Positions 1 to 12,592 of a stretch of DNA of 32,000 nucleotides are shown in pieces. Where the stretch lies: positions 3,030,001 through 3,062,000 of the forward strand of contig NC_000964.3 of the NCBI RefSeq assembly GCF_000009045.1, written 5' to 3'. The DNA is from Bacillus subtilis subsp. subtilis str. 168 (GTDB lineage Bacteria > Bacillota > Bacilli > Bacillales > Bacillaceae). The position numbers were made by a program, and so were the translations under genes. How positions within the stretch are numbered: position 1 is the stretch's first letter; every line of letters starts with the position of its first letter. The notes beneath the pieces were generated by a model that did no database searches, was not told where the DNA came from, and worked only from the letters and a program-made list of their open reading frames with translations.

Positions 1-1417
1 CTTCTTCCATATTTAATGGAAGTTCGTTTAGTTGATTGACCGTTTCTTGAATATGATGATGCGCGTTCTCCAGCATCTCTTGAATATGGCTCGGAATGCC
101 TGGAATGTTGCTAGTCTTCAGCAGTCTTGCTGTCTCAGAAATTGTTTTTTTCAAATTGCTGAGCGTCTCCCTCGCCTGAAGCTCTTCTTTTCTCAGCGCT
201 TGCAGATTTTCACGATACTCGGCATGCTCTTTTTTCACTTCTTCAATTTGCTTCTCTATTGAAGCAACTTCTTCTACTAAAAGTGAGTAGGCGACATGCT
301 CTGCATCAAGCTTATCTTTAACGGATGATAGCAGCTTTCCAATTTCATCAAGGCGCTTTTCAAAAGCCTGCTGTTTGCCGAGCTCACCGGCTGTCAGCCT
401 GTAGCTTTCCTTCACCAGCTCAGTTTCCGCTTTCGTATGCTCTTTCTCTTCTTTAAGCTTGTCGTAAGCAATAATCAATTCAGGCATTTTGCTTAGTACG
501 GATTGACCGGCTTCAACTTCGCCCTCCAGCTGCTGATAAACAGATTGAATATTTTCGTCAATGAGCTGCAGGATTGCGGACGCTTCATCAATATCCAGTT
601 CAGTCATCAGGACATGTTCCGCTCGTTTCAGCTGGTTTGACAGATTTTCTAATTCCTTATCAAGCTGGATATGCTCAAGCTTGTACCCTTTTTCTTTCAT
701 TTCGCCATAGCCATCCTTGAGCTTTGCAATCTGTCCGGGCACCGTCTGTTTACAGTCAGCTAACAGCTTCGGCACATCATCTATGTATGACTGAAGCCGT
801 TCAAGATTGCGGTCCTGCTCAAGCAGTACTTTTCGTGCAGTAATATAGTTTCCGCCTTCTGTTTCTTCTTCAAATTGTTTGATGCCGCTCCAAATTTCGT
901 CCAGATCCTTTTCAAGGCTGTCATAAAGCTCCCCGTAAAGGTGGCTGTAAGCCAGCAGGTTTTTTCGAGATTTCGAATAGCGCTCCCTCACCTGTTCAAT
1001 CTCTTCACGGCTCTTTTCCTCACTTGTGACAAGATCGCTGATTTCCCGAAGAATCTTTTCAATGCTTGATTCAGCCGCTGTCAGCAGGTCGTCGATATGA
1101 ACGAGCACTTGATTGGCCTTTTTAAACCGGTATTTGTCTGCATTTTCCTCGGCATCATAAAGGAGCTCTTCAACTTTCGGCATGTGGGCTGTGACAATCT
1201 CATCCCATTCTTCACGCCACTTCTCAAAGAACTCTTCTGTCTGACCCGTCATTTTTAAATGTTTTATTTTAGACATTTCTTCCACGATCGACCGATTCAG
1301 AATTTCAATCTTCCACGATTCCAGCCGGTCGATTTCGGCGTAGATTTTTTTCCTGAAAAAGTAGCCTGCCGCAAACAGCGCAAGCAGTACAATTAATAAT
1401 CCAATGACAAACTCCAT
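1..1417 (-). CDS. ezrA: Septation-ring formation regulator EzrA, N-terminal ~472 codons; the 3' end runs off the window start
   Basis: The minus-strand frame is open from ATG at 1417-1415 to position 1, so it has no stop in the window and is absent from the ORF track. Translation starts MEFVIGLLIVLLALFAAGYFFRKKIYAEIDRLESWKIEILNRS (an N-terminal TM helix followed by long coiled-coil-like sequence). SD AAGGGGG lies about 7 nt upstream. It matches my memory of B. subtilis EzrA. Confidence 0.93.
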   Translation of the reverse strand, partial: MEFVIGLLIVLLALFAAGYFFRKKIYAEIDRLESWKIEILNRSIVEEMSKIKHLKMTGQTEEFFEKWREEWDEIVTAHMPKVEELLYDAEENADKYRFKKANQVLVHIDDLLTAAESSIEKILREISDLVTSEEKSREEIEQVRERYSKSRKNLLAYSHLYGELYDSLEKDLDEIWSGIKQFEEETEGGNYITARKVLLEQDRNLERLQSYIDDVPKLLADCKQTVPGQIAKLKDGYGEMKEKGYKLEHIQLDKELENLSNQLKRAEHVLMTELDIDEASAILQLIDENIQSVYQQLEGEVEAGQSVLSKMPELIIAYDKLKEEKEHTKAETELVKESYRLTAGELGKQQAFEKRLDEIGKLLSSVKDKLDAEHVAYSLLVEEVASIEKQIEEVKKEHAEYRENLQALRKEELQARETLSNLKKTISETARLLKTSNIPGIPSHIQEMLENAHHHIQETVNQLNELPLNMEE

Positions 1418-1613
1418 AATGAGCCCCCTTGCTGTTTACCTTAATCTGTCAGGGTGTTTTATTTATTCAGAAAGATTTCAGGATATGTATTGAGAAAAAC
1501 TGTCGTTTTCATTGTTATTATGATACCATGTAACAAACATTTTTTGACCAGAAATCAAAAACTTTTTGTGCAAAATCGGCAGGATTTGACTATTTTTTCA
1601 TGGGGTGACATCA

Positions 1614-2420
1614 ATGCAAAAGCGAGACGGACATATTCACACACCATTTTGCCCTCACGGCTCCAATGACACACTCAGACAATATGCAGAAGAAGCCTTA
1701 AAAAAAGGGTTCGAATCGATTACTTTTACCGAACACGCCCCATTGCCGCCATCTTTTACCGATCCCACGCCGCTGAAAGACAGCGCGATGGCGCAAGCTT
1801 CTTTGGAACGCTATATTCATGAAATTTCCGGATTAAAAAAAGAATATCGCGGACAGCTTAGCATACGGACAGGGCTTGAAGTCGATTATATCGCTGAATT
1901 TGAAGACGAAATTACATTATTCCTAGACACATACGGGCCATATTTAGATGACAGCATCTTATCCGTTCATTTTTTGCGCACAGACTCTTCCTATCTATGC
2001 CTTGATTATGACGAGCATACCTTCAAAGAGCTGATTTCAGCCTGCGGAAGCATTGAAGCGGTATATGAACAATATTACCGGAGTATCTATTCTTCCATTG
2101 TAGCATCTCTCGGCGTTTATAAGCCAAAAAGAGTCGGTCACATCACACTCGTCCAAAAATTCATCAAGCTGTTTCCATACAGCATGTCAGAGCATATTCG
2201 CGGCCTCGTTTCTCTGTGCCTGAATGCCATTGAAGAAAACGGAATGGAGCTCGACTTCAATACTTCCGGCTTAAGAAAAACTTACGCTGGCGGTATTTAT
2301 ATCGAGGATTGGATGCTGAATGAAGCGAAGCAAAAGAAGATCCCGCTTGTGTTTGGGTCTGATGCCCATCAAGCGGGAGATGTCGGATATGCGTATGAGG
2401 CGTTTTTGGAACGGTGCTAG
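1614..2420 (+). CDS. hisJ: Histidinol-phosphate phosphatase, PHP family
   Basis: ORF 1605-2420. The track start is a GTG inside the SD GGGGTG, and the ATG at 1614 sits 5 nt after the SD. The protein starts MQKRDGHIHTPFCPHGS (PHP HxH metal motif). Confidence 0.92.
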   Translation: MQKRDGHIHTPFCPHGSNDTLRQYAEEALKKGFESITFTEHAPLPPSFTDPTPLKDSAMAQASLERYIHEISGLKKEYRGQLSIRTGLEVDYIAEFEDEITLFLDTYGPYLDDSILSVHFLRTDSSYLCLDYDEHTFKELISACGSIEAVYEQYYRSIYSSIVASLGVYKPKRVGHITLVQKFIKLFPYSMSEHIRGLVSLCLNAIEENGMELDFNTSGLRKTYAGGIYIEDWMLNEAKQKKIPLVFGSDAHQAGDVGYAYEAFLERC

Positions 2421-3040
2421 TTGGTGAGCGCCACGTCTCCTGTCCGGAAGACGCTTCTGATCCAAATCTTGATTTCTTCAAAATACATTTTATAAAAATA
2501 CGGCTCGTGCGGCTGCATGTAGAGTACTTCTGAAATATATTGAGGCTGGAGATAGGGCATCATCAAGAGAGATTTTAATTGGAGAATAAAATGAGGCAGC
2601 GGCAGCGTTAAATATTCACGCTGTTTTTCTCCTTCCTCAATGATCAGCTGGAAGATATACTTTTCCTTCATTAGATATGTCGACATAATTTCCCTGATTA
2701 ATGTGGAGTCAATTGTGACTTCCCGGTAGACAAAACGAGTTAATTGACGATGATTATGCTGATAGGATAAAATATCGAAAACCAATTGAAGAAGCTGTTC
2801 CTGCGTGCTTTGAGTAGAGATATTGCTTGCCGCTGTTTCAAGCGTTTTGCTGTAGCCTTCGTAAAACTCTGAAACTAAGTGTTCCATCAAGCCTCCTTTG
2901 CCTTTAAAATAGTAGGAGATGTGCGCAACATTTACATCAGCTGACTTTGCGATTTCACGGACAGACGTGCCAGAAAATCCTTTTTGGTTAAAAAGCATGA
3001 CAGCAGATTCAATAATTTTGTCTTTGGTGCTTACTTTCAT
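2417..3040 (-). CDS. refZ: TetR-family DNA-binding regulator of FtsZ-ring placement (RefZ/YttP)
   Basis: ORF 2417-3049. The ATG at 3040 lies 6 nt after SD AAGGAGTG. It has an N-terminal TetR HTH (FSGTSVREIAKSADVNVAHISYYFKGKGGL). Confidence 0.9.
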   Translation of the reverse strand: MKVSTKDKIIESAVMLFNQKGFSGTSVREIAKSADVNVAHISYYFKGKGGLMEHLVSEFYEGYSKTLETAASNISTQSTQEQLLQLVFDILSYQHNHRQLTRFVYREVTIDSTLIREIMSTYLMKEKYIFQLIIEEGEKQREYLTLPLPHFILQLKSLLMMPYLQPQYISEVLYMQPHEPYFYKMYFEEIKIWIRSVFRTGDVALTN

Positions 3041-3166
3041 ACGGCTCACTCCTTCCTCTTGATACTATTCAAGCAGAAAGCCGCTGTTCCTGTAAGAACT
3101 TATCGACAAATGCCGGCAGAAAAGCCGGAACTTTGTTTTATATTATAGAAAAAGTGAGGGTTTTCC

Positions 3167-3658
3167 ATGTTCCATGTCGAAAAACAATCTGGAGATAAAG
3201 AAAAAGACTATCAGCTTCTGCTAAAACAGCTCGAAGCCATGACCGAAGACGAAACAGACCAAATAGCTAACTATGCAAATGCCTCAGCACTGCTGTATCA
3301 TTCGCTGCCTGAAGTCAACTGGGCGGGTTTCTATTTTGCCAAAGAAGAGGATGGACAGCTTGTGTTAGGTCCGTTCCAAGGCCTGCCGGCATGTGTTCGG
3401 ATTCCTTTCGGCAGAGGGGTTTGCGGCACAGCGTACGCAAACGGAAAAGTGGAACGTATTGAGGATGTAAACGCGTTTCCGGGACATATCGCCTGCGATG
3501 CAGCGTCTCAATCAGAAATTGTGCTTCCGATTCGTGTAGACGGAAAAATTGTCGGCGTCTTGGACATCGACAGCCCAGTGAAAAACCGTTTCGACGAAAT
3601 TGATGAAAAATACTTAACTCAATTTGCCGAAACGCTAGAAAAAGCGTTAGCGCAGTAA
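3167..3658 (+). CDS. ytsP: Single GAF-domain protein (free methionine-R-sulfoxide reductase-like)
   Basis: 163-aa ORF with the fRMsr-like GAF signature (GRGVCGTA ... HIACD). Confidence 0.88.
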   Translation: MFHVEKQSGDKEKDYQLLLKQLEAMTEDETDQIANYANASALLYHSLPEVNWAGFYFAKEEDGQLVLGPFQGLPACVRIPFGRGVCGTAYANGKVERIEDVNAFPGHIACDAASQSEIVLPIRVDGKIVGVLDIDSPVKNRFDEIDEKYLTQFAETLEKALAQ

Positions 3659-3661
3659 TAT

Positions 3662-3697
3662 AAAAGCCCAAAACTGATATCGTTTTGGGCTTTTTTT
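3662..3697. terminator. Bidirectional intrinsic terminator shared by convergent ytsP and dgcP
   Basis: Stem GCCCAAAAC (3666-3674) / GTTTTGGGC (3682-3690) is flanked by an A-run and a T-run. The dgcP stop codon lies in the T-run. Confidence 0.85.
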
Positions 3698-5435
3698 ATT
3701 TTATTGAGTCATGAATCATCAAGCGGTTTTTCCCGCTCCGTTTCGCGCTGTAGAGCGCTTCATCTGCCTCATGCACAAGCTCTTTCAGCGACTTTTTTGT
3801 TTCTGTCGTCCAGCAGGAGATACCGCAGGAAATGGTTACCTCGGGTTTCGTATTTTTTCTGACCGCGTAAACCAGTCGCTCGGTAATCCGTTTCCCCACT
3901 GCAACCGGCACATTTGGCAAATAAATCGCCAGCTCCTCTCCTCCCCAGCGGGCACCGACATCATGCTTTCGGATGTTGCTTTTAATCACTGAAGCGACTT
4001 GAATTAAAATCTCGTCCCCAGTCTGATGGCCGTACGTATCATTTACATTTTTAAAATTATCAATATCAACAAGAATAAAAACACCCTTTTGATGGATTTT
4101 CATGCTGTATTGAATTTTTTCATCTAAATACGCTCGTGAATACAGTTCAGTCAGCTGATCTGTTTTCACGAGATGCTCAAGGCGGTCGCGAAGCATTGAA
4201 TTGGTTACAGCCAGTGTCGCGTGATGAATCAGCGCCTGAAACAGCTTGTACATTTCAAATGTAAAAGCGTACAGCTCCTGTTTCAATAAAACCGCAAAGC
4301 CTAAAAGCCGGTCGTTTTGAATCATCGGAGCAGCCATCAGCGAGCCGTACCCCGCCTTCCCAAAAACAGACTGGCCATTCCCGATGAAAACCCCTTTTTC
4401 ACCTTCATACAGCTTTTCTTTCAGCTCATTATAAAAATCTGACGGCTTCGCTTCTTTAAAAAATGCTGTGCTGCCTGGGAGCAATGTTAGGTTTTCAAAA
4501 TGGTCTATATGAAAAAATCCCACTTCTTCTGCCTGAAACGATTCTGCCATTCTCACAGCCAGATCATTCATTGTATCAGTCAATGTCAGCCGCTGATTCA
4601 GGCGTCGTGATGTTTCATTAATCAATTCCAAATTTGCGATGCTTGCTTTGGATTGTTCGTAGAGCTGGGCATTTTCAAACGCTTTTCCCGCGGCGTTTGC
4701 TAACAGCGACATTTCATCAAGGCAGGCATCAGTAAGAAAGCTGTCACCCGTTCCTTCAGCCTTCAACACCCCGTATGTGCCCTGCTGTCCTTTGATCGGA
4801 ATATAGGCGACAGATTCATTTTTCCGCAAAATGTCTCCGGACAAATACACTTTGAGCGCAAAGGAATCGGATTTTTCCCCTTCCATATACAGCTCTTTTG
4901 CAGGAATCCCTAAACATTGGTCTTGATCGTGCGATATAAATAAAGAAAACTCAAAAAGAGAAAATGTGCTTGTCAAGCTTTCTAAAAGCTGCTTCAGCAC
5001 ATCTGTCTGATCAAGCAGTGAATGGAACAGCTCTGTCATTTTGTATATCTTTTTTTGGTAGATCGTTTTGTTATAGAGTCTTTCCTGTTTCATCGACTGG
5101 TTTAAAAATGAAGCAACCACGTCCGGAAGCCCTTCAGGAATCTCTTCATCCTGCCTGCACGCAAGATGGAAACGCCTGCCGGAGCCGTCCTCAATCAGAT
5201 AACATGAAGCGTTTATTTTTGAAGCGGAAAAACGCGCTTCACCATCTGCCAGTTTTGTCACAAAGTCTGATGGTGACGGTGTAAGCGAAACACAAAGGGT
5301 TGAAAAATAGGTTTGAATAGCCGAAGTCAGCCATATGAAAGAGTCGGTGAATGTGACTTTTTCAGATTTGGTTAATAAAAAATCGAGCATATGATAATGA
5401 AAGGCGGATAATTGATCTTTAGTTTGTTCTACCAT
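3696..5435 (-). CDS. dgcP: Diguanylate cyclase with N-terminal GAF-type sensory region and C-terminal GGDEF domain
   Basis: 579-aa ORF. The C-terminus has the GGDEF-domain active site as GGEEL, preceded by an RxxD-type I-site (RKHD) five residues upstream. SD TAGGTGA. Formerly ytrP. Confidence 0.9.
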   Translation of the reverse strand: MVEQTKDQLSAFHYHMLDFLLTKSEKVTFTDSFIWLTSAIQTYFSTLCVSLTPSPSDFVTKLADGEARFSASKINASCYLIEDGSGRRFHLACRQDEEIPEGLPDVVASFLNQSMKQERLYNKTIYQKKIYKMTELFHSLLDQTDVLKQLLESLTSTFSLFEFSLFISHDQDQCLGIPAKELYMEGEKSDSFALKVYLSGDILRKNESVAYIPIKGQQGTYGVLKAEGTGDSFLTDACLDEMSLLANAAGKAFENAQLYEQSKASIANLELINETSRRLNQRLTLTDTMNDLAVRMAESFQAEEVGFFHIDHFENLTLLPGSTAFFKEAKPSDFYNELKEKLYEGEKGVFIGNGQSVFGKAGYGSLMAAPMIQNDRLLGFAVLLKQELYAFTFEMYKLFQALIHHATLAVTNSMLRDRLEHLVKTDQLTELYSRAYLDEKIQYSMKIHQKGVFILVDIDNFKNVNDTYGHQTGDEILIQVASVIKSNIRKHDVGARWGGEELAIYLPNVPVAVGKRITERLVYAVRKNTKPEVTISCGISCWTTETKKSLKELVHEADEALYSAKRSGKNRLMIHDSIK

Positions 5436-5511
5436 GTTTTTATCACCTAAAAGTTTACCACTAATTTTTGTTTATTATATCATAAACGGTGAAGCAATAA
5501 TGGAGGAATGG

Positions 5512-5540
5512 TTGACTTCAAAACAAATAAATTATATAAT
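5512..5540 (+). promoter_or_regulatory. SigA-type promoter of rpsD
   Basis: TTGACT (5512-5517), a 17-nt spacer, then TATAAT (5535-5540). It lies about 190 nt upstream of the rpsD ATG. Confidence 0.7.
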
Positions 5541-5546
5541 GACCTT

Positions 5547-6332
<786 letters not shown>

Positions 6333-6339
6333 TCGTTTT

Positions 6340-6375
6340 AAAAACCCCTGCCGCTATGCGGTCGGGGTTTTTTTA
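6340..6375. terminator. rpsD intrinsic terminator, with a weaker U-tract on the opposite strand
   Basis: Stem CCCCTGCCGC (6345-6354) / GCGGTCGGGG (6358-6367), followed by T7 on plus. On minus the same hairpin is followed by TTTTT. Confidence 0.85.
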
Positions 6376-6473
6376 TCGGCTTTCGCCTCTTGCTGGCCAA
6401 CACTATCTTGCGCCTGCTGCTCCCAATGATCCCGCTGCAGCCGTTCTTTTGCAATCGTACACATGAGATTCAC
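6354..6473 (-). CDS. Candidate 39-codon small ORF inside the antisense-RNA 5' segment (hypothetical)
   Basis: A GTG at 6473 lies 9 nt after SD GAAAGGAG (6483-6490 on plus). Translation is MNLMCTIAKERLQRDHWEQQAQDSVGQQEAKADKKTPTA. The stop TAG (6354-6356) sits at the apex of the rpsD terminator hairpin. It is below the ORF-track size cutoff. Confidence 0.25.
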   Translation of the reverse strand: MNLMCTIAKERLQRDHWEQQAQDSVGQQEAKADKKTPTA

Positions 6474-6537
6474 GCTTTAGCGCTCCTTTCATTTAAAAGG
6501 TGGTGATTGGTCGTGTTTGCCCTATCTAATATACTCT

Positions 6538-6563
6538 TTTCCTTTCATTCCTATGCGGTAAAC
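6538..6563 (-). promoter_or_regulatory. SigB-type promoter directed antisense to rpsD
   Basis: The minus strand reads GTTTAC (6563-6558), a 14-nt spacer, then AGGAAA (6543-6538), against the consensus GTTTAA-N12-15-GGGWAW. It sits immediately downstream of the tyrS terminator. Confidence 0.5.
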
Positions 6564-6601
6564 AAAAAGATCCTTTGCCTTCAGTGGCAAAGGATCTTTT
6601 T
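6564..6601. terminator. tyrS intrinsic terminator (bidirectional shape)
   Basis: An 11-bp perfect stem GATCCTTTGCC (6569-6579) / GGCAAAGGATC (6586-6596) is flanked by A5 and T5. It begins 2 nt after the tyrS stop. Confidence 0.9.
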
Positions 6602-6602
6602 C

Positions 6603-8168
<1,566 letters not shown>

Positions 8169-8174
8169 ATATCA

Positions 8175-8203
8175 TTTTTAACATAAATAAAATCCTGTGT
8201 CAA
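8175..8203 (-). promoter_or_regulatory. SigA-type promoter of tyrS
   Basis: The minus strand reads TTGACA (8203-8198), a 17-18 nt spacer, then TAAAAA/AAAAAT. The -35 box starts only 10 nt after the acsA stop codon. Confidence 0.65.
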
Positions 8204-8212
8204 CGCCGCCTT

Positions 8213-9931
8213 TTAATCCTCCATTGTTGACAGATCTCCAGCCGGCAGATTAAGCTCCCATGCCTTCAGCACGCGCCTCATGATCTTTCCGCTTCTGGTT
8301 TTCGGAAGCTTATCTTTAAATTCGATCTCACGCGGAGCCGCATGGGCTGCAAGACCCTGCTTTACAAATAGGCGGATCTCTTCTTTCAGTTTATCAGACG
8401 GCTCAAATCCTTCCCTGAGTGCAATAAAGGCTTTAATGATTTCTCCACGCACCGGGTCAGGCTTTCCGATAACGCCTGCTTCTGCAATAGCCGGATGTTC
8501 GACAAGCTTGCTTTCCACTTCAAATGGGCCGACGCGCTCACCGGAGGTCATGATGACGTCATCAACTCTGCCTTGGAACCAAAAGTATCCCTCTTCATCC
8601 ATGTAAGCAGAATCCCCAGACACATACCAGCCGCCCGGCATGAAATACGATTCATACTTTTCAGGGTTATTCCAAATGGTATGCATCATGGAAGGCCAGC
8701 CCTTTTTGATGGCGAGATTGCCCATTCGGTACGGCGGTAGCTCGTTGCCTTGATTGTCAACGATCGCTGCCTCCACTCCTGGAATCGGCTTACCCATTGA
8801 ACCCGGTTTAATATCCATGCAAGGATAGTTGCAGATGAGCTGACTGCCCGTTTCGGTCATCCACCAGGTATCATGGATTCGTTTGTTAAAAACTTTATGT
8901 CCCCATCTGATGACTTCCGGATTTAGCGGCTCACCGACACTGAGCACATGCCGGAGTGAAGTTAGATCATATTTCGCAGCCATTTCATCTCCCGCTCCCA
9001 TCAGCATCCGAAAAGCTGTCGGCGCGCTGTACCAGACATTGACGCCAAGCTGTTCAATCGTTCCATACCAGCTTTCCGGGCTGAAACGTCCGCCGACGAT
9101 GACATTTGTCGCTCCGTTCAGCCACGGTGCAAAAATGCCGTATACCGTACCTGTCACCCAGCCTGGATCAGCCGTGCACCAATAAATGTCTTCTTCCTTT
9201 AAATCAAGGACCCACTTTCCTGTTTGATATTGCTGAATCATCGCTTCATGGACATGCAACACGCCCTTTGGCGTACCAGTGGAACCTGATGTATAGTGAA
9301 GCAGAAAGCCGTCTTTTTTATCCATCCATTCGATATCCAATCTTGTGCTTTCCTGTTTCGCTGCTTCATCATAATTGATGATATTCGTGCCGCTCTCAGC
9401 CTCTCCCCCGACTACGAAGACATGCTGCAAGTGAGGCAGTTTGTCTACCGGTATTCTCTCCAGCAGCTCAGGCGTTGTGACAACAACCTTTGCCTCACTG
9501 TTTTCAAGCCGGTCTTTCACCGCTCCCTCCATAAATGCTTCGAACAGCGGCCCGGCGATGGCGCCAATTTTGATTGCGCCAAGCATAATAAAATAAAGCT
9601 CGGGTGATCTCGGCATAAAAATAAAAACGCGGTCCCCTTTTTCCACATTTCCATACCGTCTCAGCACATTCCCGGCTCTGTTTGATTCTTCCTTCATTTC
9701 TTTAAATGTGTATTTTTCATCCCTTTTTGCGTCTTTATAATAAAGCGCTACTTTGTTTTTTCGAAACGATTCGGCATGGCGGTCAATCGCTTCATACGCC
9801 GCATTCAGTTTCCCTGTCTCATGCCAAGAGAAATGTTTCTCTGCCTCGGCCCAATCAAAATGCCGGTACGTTTCTTCATAGTTTTTTAAGTTATGATCCC
9901 CCTCTATTGCTGGTAACGCTTTCAAGTTCAT
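8213..9931 (-). CDS. acsA: Acetyl-CoA synthetase (AMP-forming)
   Basis: ORF 8213-10015. The ATG at 9931 (MNLKALPAIEGDH) follows SD AAGGGGGA. It has the AMP-binding motif YTSGSTGTPKG and the C-terminal SGKIMRR lysine that is the known acetylation site. Confidence 0.95.
   Translation of the reverse strand: MNLKALPAIEGDHNLKNYEETYRHFDWAEAEKHFSWHETGKLNAAYEAIDRHAESFRKNKVALYYKDAKRDEKYTFKEMKEESNRAGNVLRRYGNVEKGDRVFIFMPRSPELYFIMLGAIKIGAIAGPLFEAFMEGAVKDRLENSEAKVVVTTPELLERIPVDKLPHLQHVFVVGGEAESGTNIINYDEAAKQESTRLDIEWMDKKDGFLLHYTSGSTGTPKGVLHVHEAMIQQYQTGKWVLDLKEEDIYWCTADPGWVTGTVYGIFAPWLNGATNVIVGGRFSPESWYGTIEQLGVNVWYSAPTAFRMLMGAGDEMAAKYDLTSLRHVLSVGEPLNPEVIRWGHKVFNKRIHDTWWMTETGSQLICNYPCMDIKPGSMGKPIPGVEAAIVDNQGNELPPYRMGNLAIKKGWPSMMHTIWNNPEKYESYFMPGGWYVSGDSAYMDEEGYFWFQGRVDDVIMTSGERVGPFEVESKLVEHPAIAEAGVIGKPDPVRGEIIKAFIALREGFEPSDKLKEEIRLFVKQGLAAHAAPREIEFKDKLPKTRSGKIMRRVLKAWELNLPAGDLSTMED
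9911..9924 (-). promoter_or_regulatory. cre box (CcpA operator) inside the first codons of acsA
   Basis: The minus strand reads TGAAAGCGTTACCA, one mismatch to TGWAANCGNTNWCA. It covers acsA codons 3-7 and lies about +40 from the predicted TSS. Confidence 0.75.
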
Positions 9932-9967
9932 GCCCAAACATCCCCCTTTGCTGAAGTTGTCACAATT

Positions 9968-9996
9968 ATTATAGTATATATTCATATTCTTCTCAA
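9968..9996 (-). promoter_or_regulatory. SigA-type promoter of acsA
   Basis: The minus strand reads TTGAGA (9996-9991), a 17-nt spacer, then TATAAT (9973-9968). Confidence 0.6.
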
Positions 9997-10016
9997 TTTT
10001 TAAAATATAAACCATG

Positions 10017-10044
10017 TTGAAAACGCTTTATAATTTGGTATTCT
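10017..10044 (+). promoter_or_regulatory. SigA-type promoter of acuABC with overlapping cre box
   Basis: TTGAAA (10017-10022), a 16-nt spacer, then the extended -10 TGgTATTCT (10036-10044). The cre-like TGAAAACGCTTTAT at 10018-10031 overlaps the -35 box and spacer. Confidence 0.6.
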
Positions 10045-10091
10045 TAAAGAAGGCATGTATTTTTGATAAGAATTGATGGGACGGTGAATTA

Positions 10092-12554
<2,463 letters not shown>

Positions 12555-12555
<1 letters not shown>

Positions 12556-12592
12556 AAAACGACCTTTACGAAGAGGTCGTTTTTGATTTTTT
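12555..12592. terminator. Bidirectional terminator shared by acuC and motS
   Basis: The stem ACGACCTTT (12559-12567) / AAGAGGTCGT (12571-12580) is flanked by A5 and T5. The motS stop codon (12566-12568) lies at the top of the hairpin. Confidence 0.85.

Larger units (their letters stand above)
6338..6530 (-). ncRNA. 5' segment of a SigB-dependent antisense RNA opposite rpsD (S1136-like); readthrough would extend antisense across rpsD
   Basis: A SigB-type promoter at 6538-6563 points into the rpsD 3' end. The reverse orientation of the rpsD terminator offers only a partial stop. An rpsD antisense RNA (S1136-S1134) has been described for B. subtilis 168. The ends given here are inferred, not measured. 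Confidence 0.45.

Noticed and set aside
3058-3073. Small palindrome CTTGA-N6-TCAAG next to the refZ ribosome-binding site, considered as a TetR-type auto-operator
   Set aside because: The arms are only 5 bp, which is expected by chance. I cannot recall the RefZ binding motif well enough to test it.
8280-9954. Seven plus-strand ORFs of 81-108 aa from the track, lying inside acsA. Similar antisense ORFs lie inside ezrA (32-262, 875-1069), dgcP, tyrS, motS/motP, sftA (20433-22463), malS, ytoP, ytmP and others.
   Set aside because: They are shadow ORFs on the strand opposite well-supported genes. They have no SD sequences and low-complexity or unnatural composition (rich in S, R, C, F), and none has recognisable motifs.
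9932-10015. N-terminal extensions offered by the ORF track (acsA to 10015, aroA to 16545, trmB to 30251, acuC to 11365, motP to 14126, hisJ to 1605, refZ to 3049, ytzH to 30383)
   Set aside because: In each case the extended start lacks an SD or lies inside the SD itself. An internal ATG with proper SD spacing gives the N-terminus that I recognise for the B. subtilis protein.
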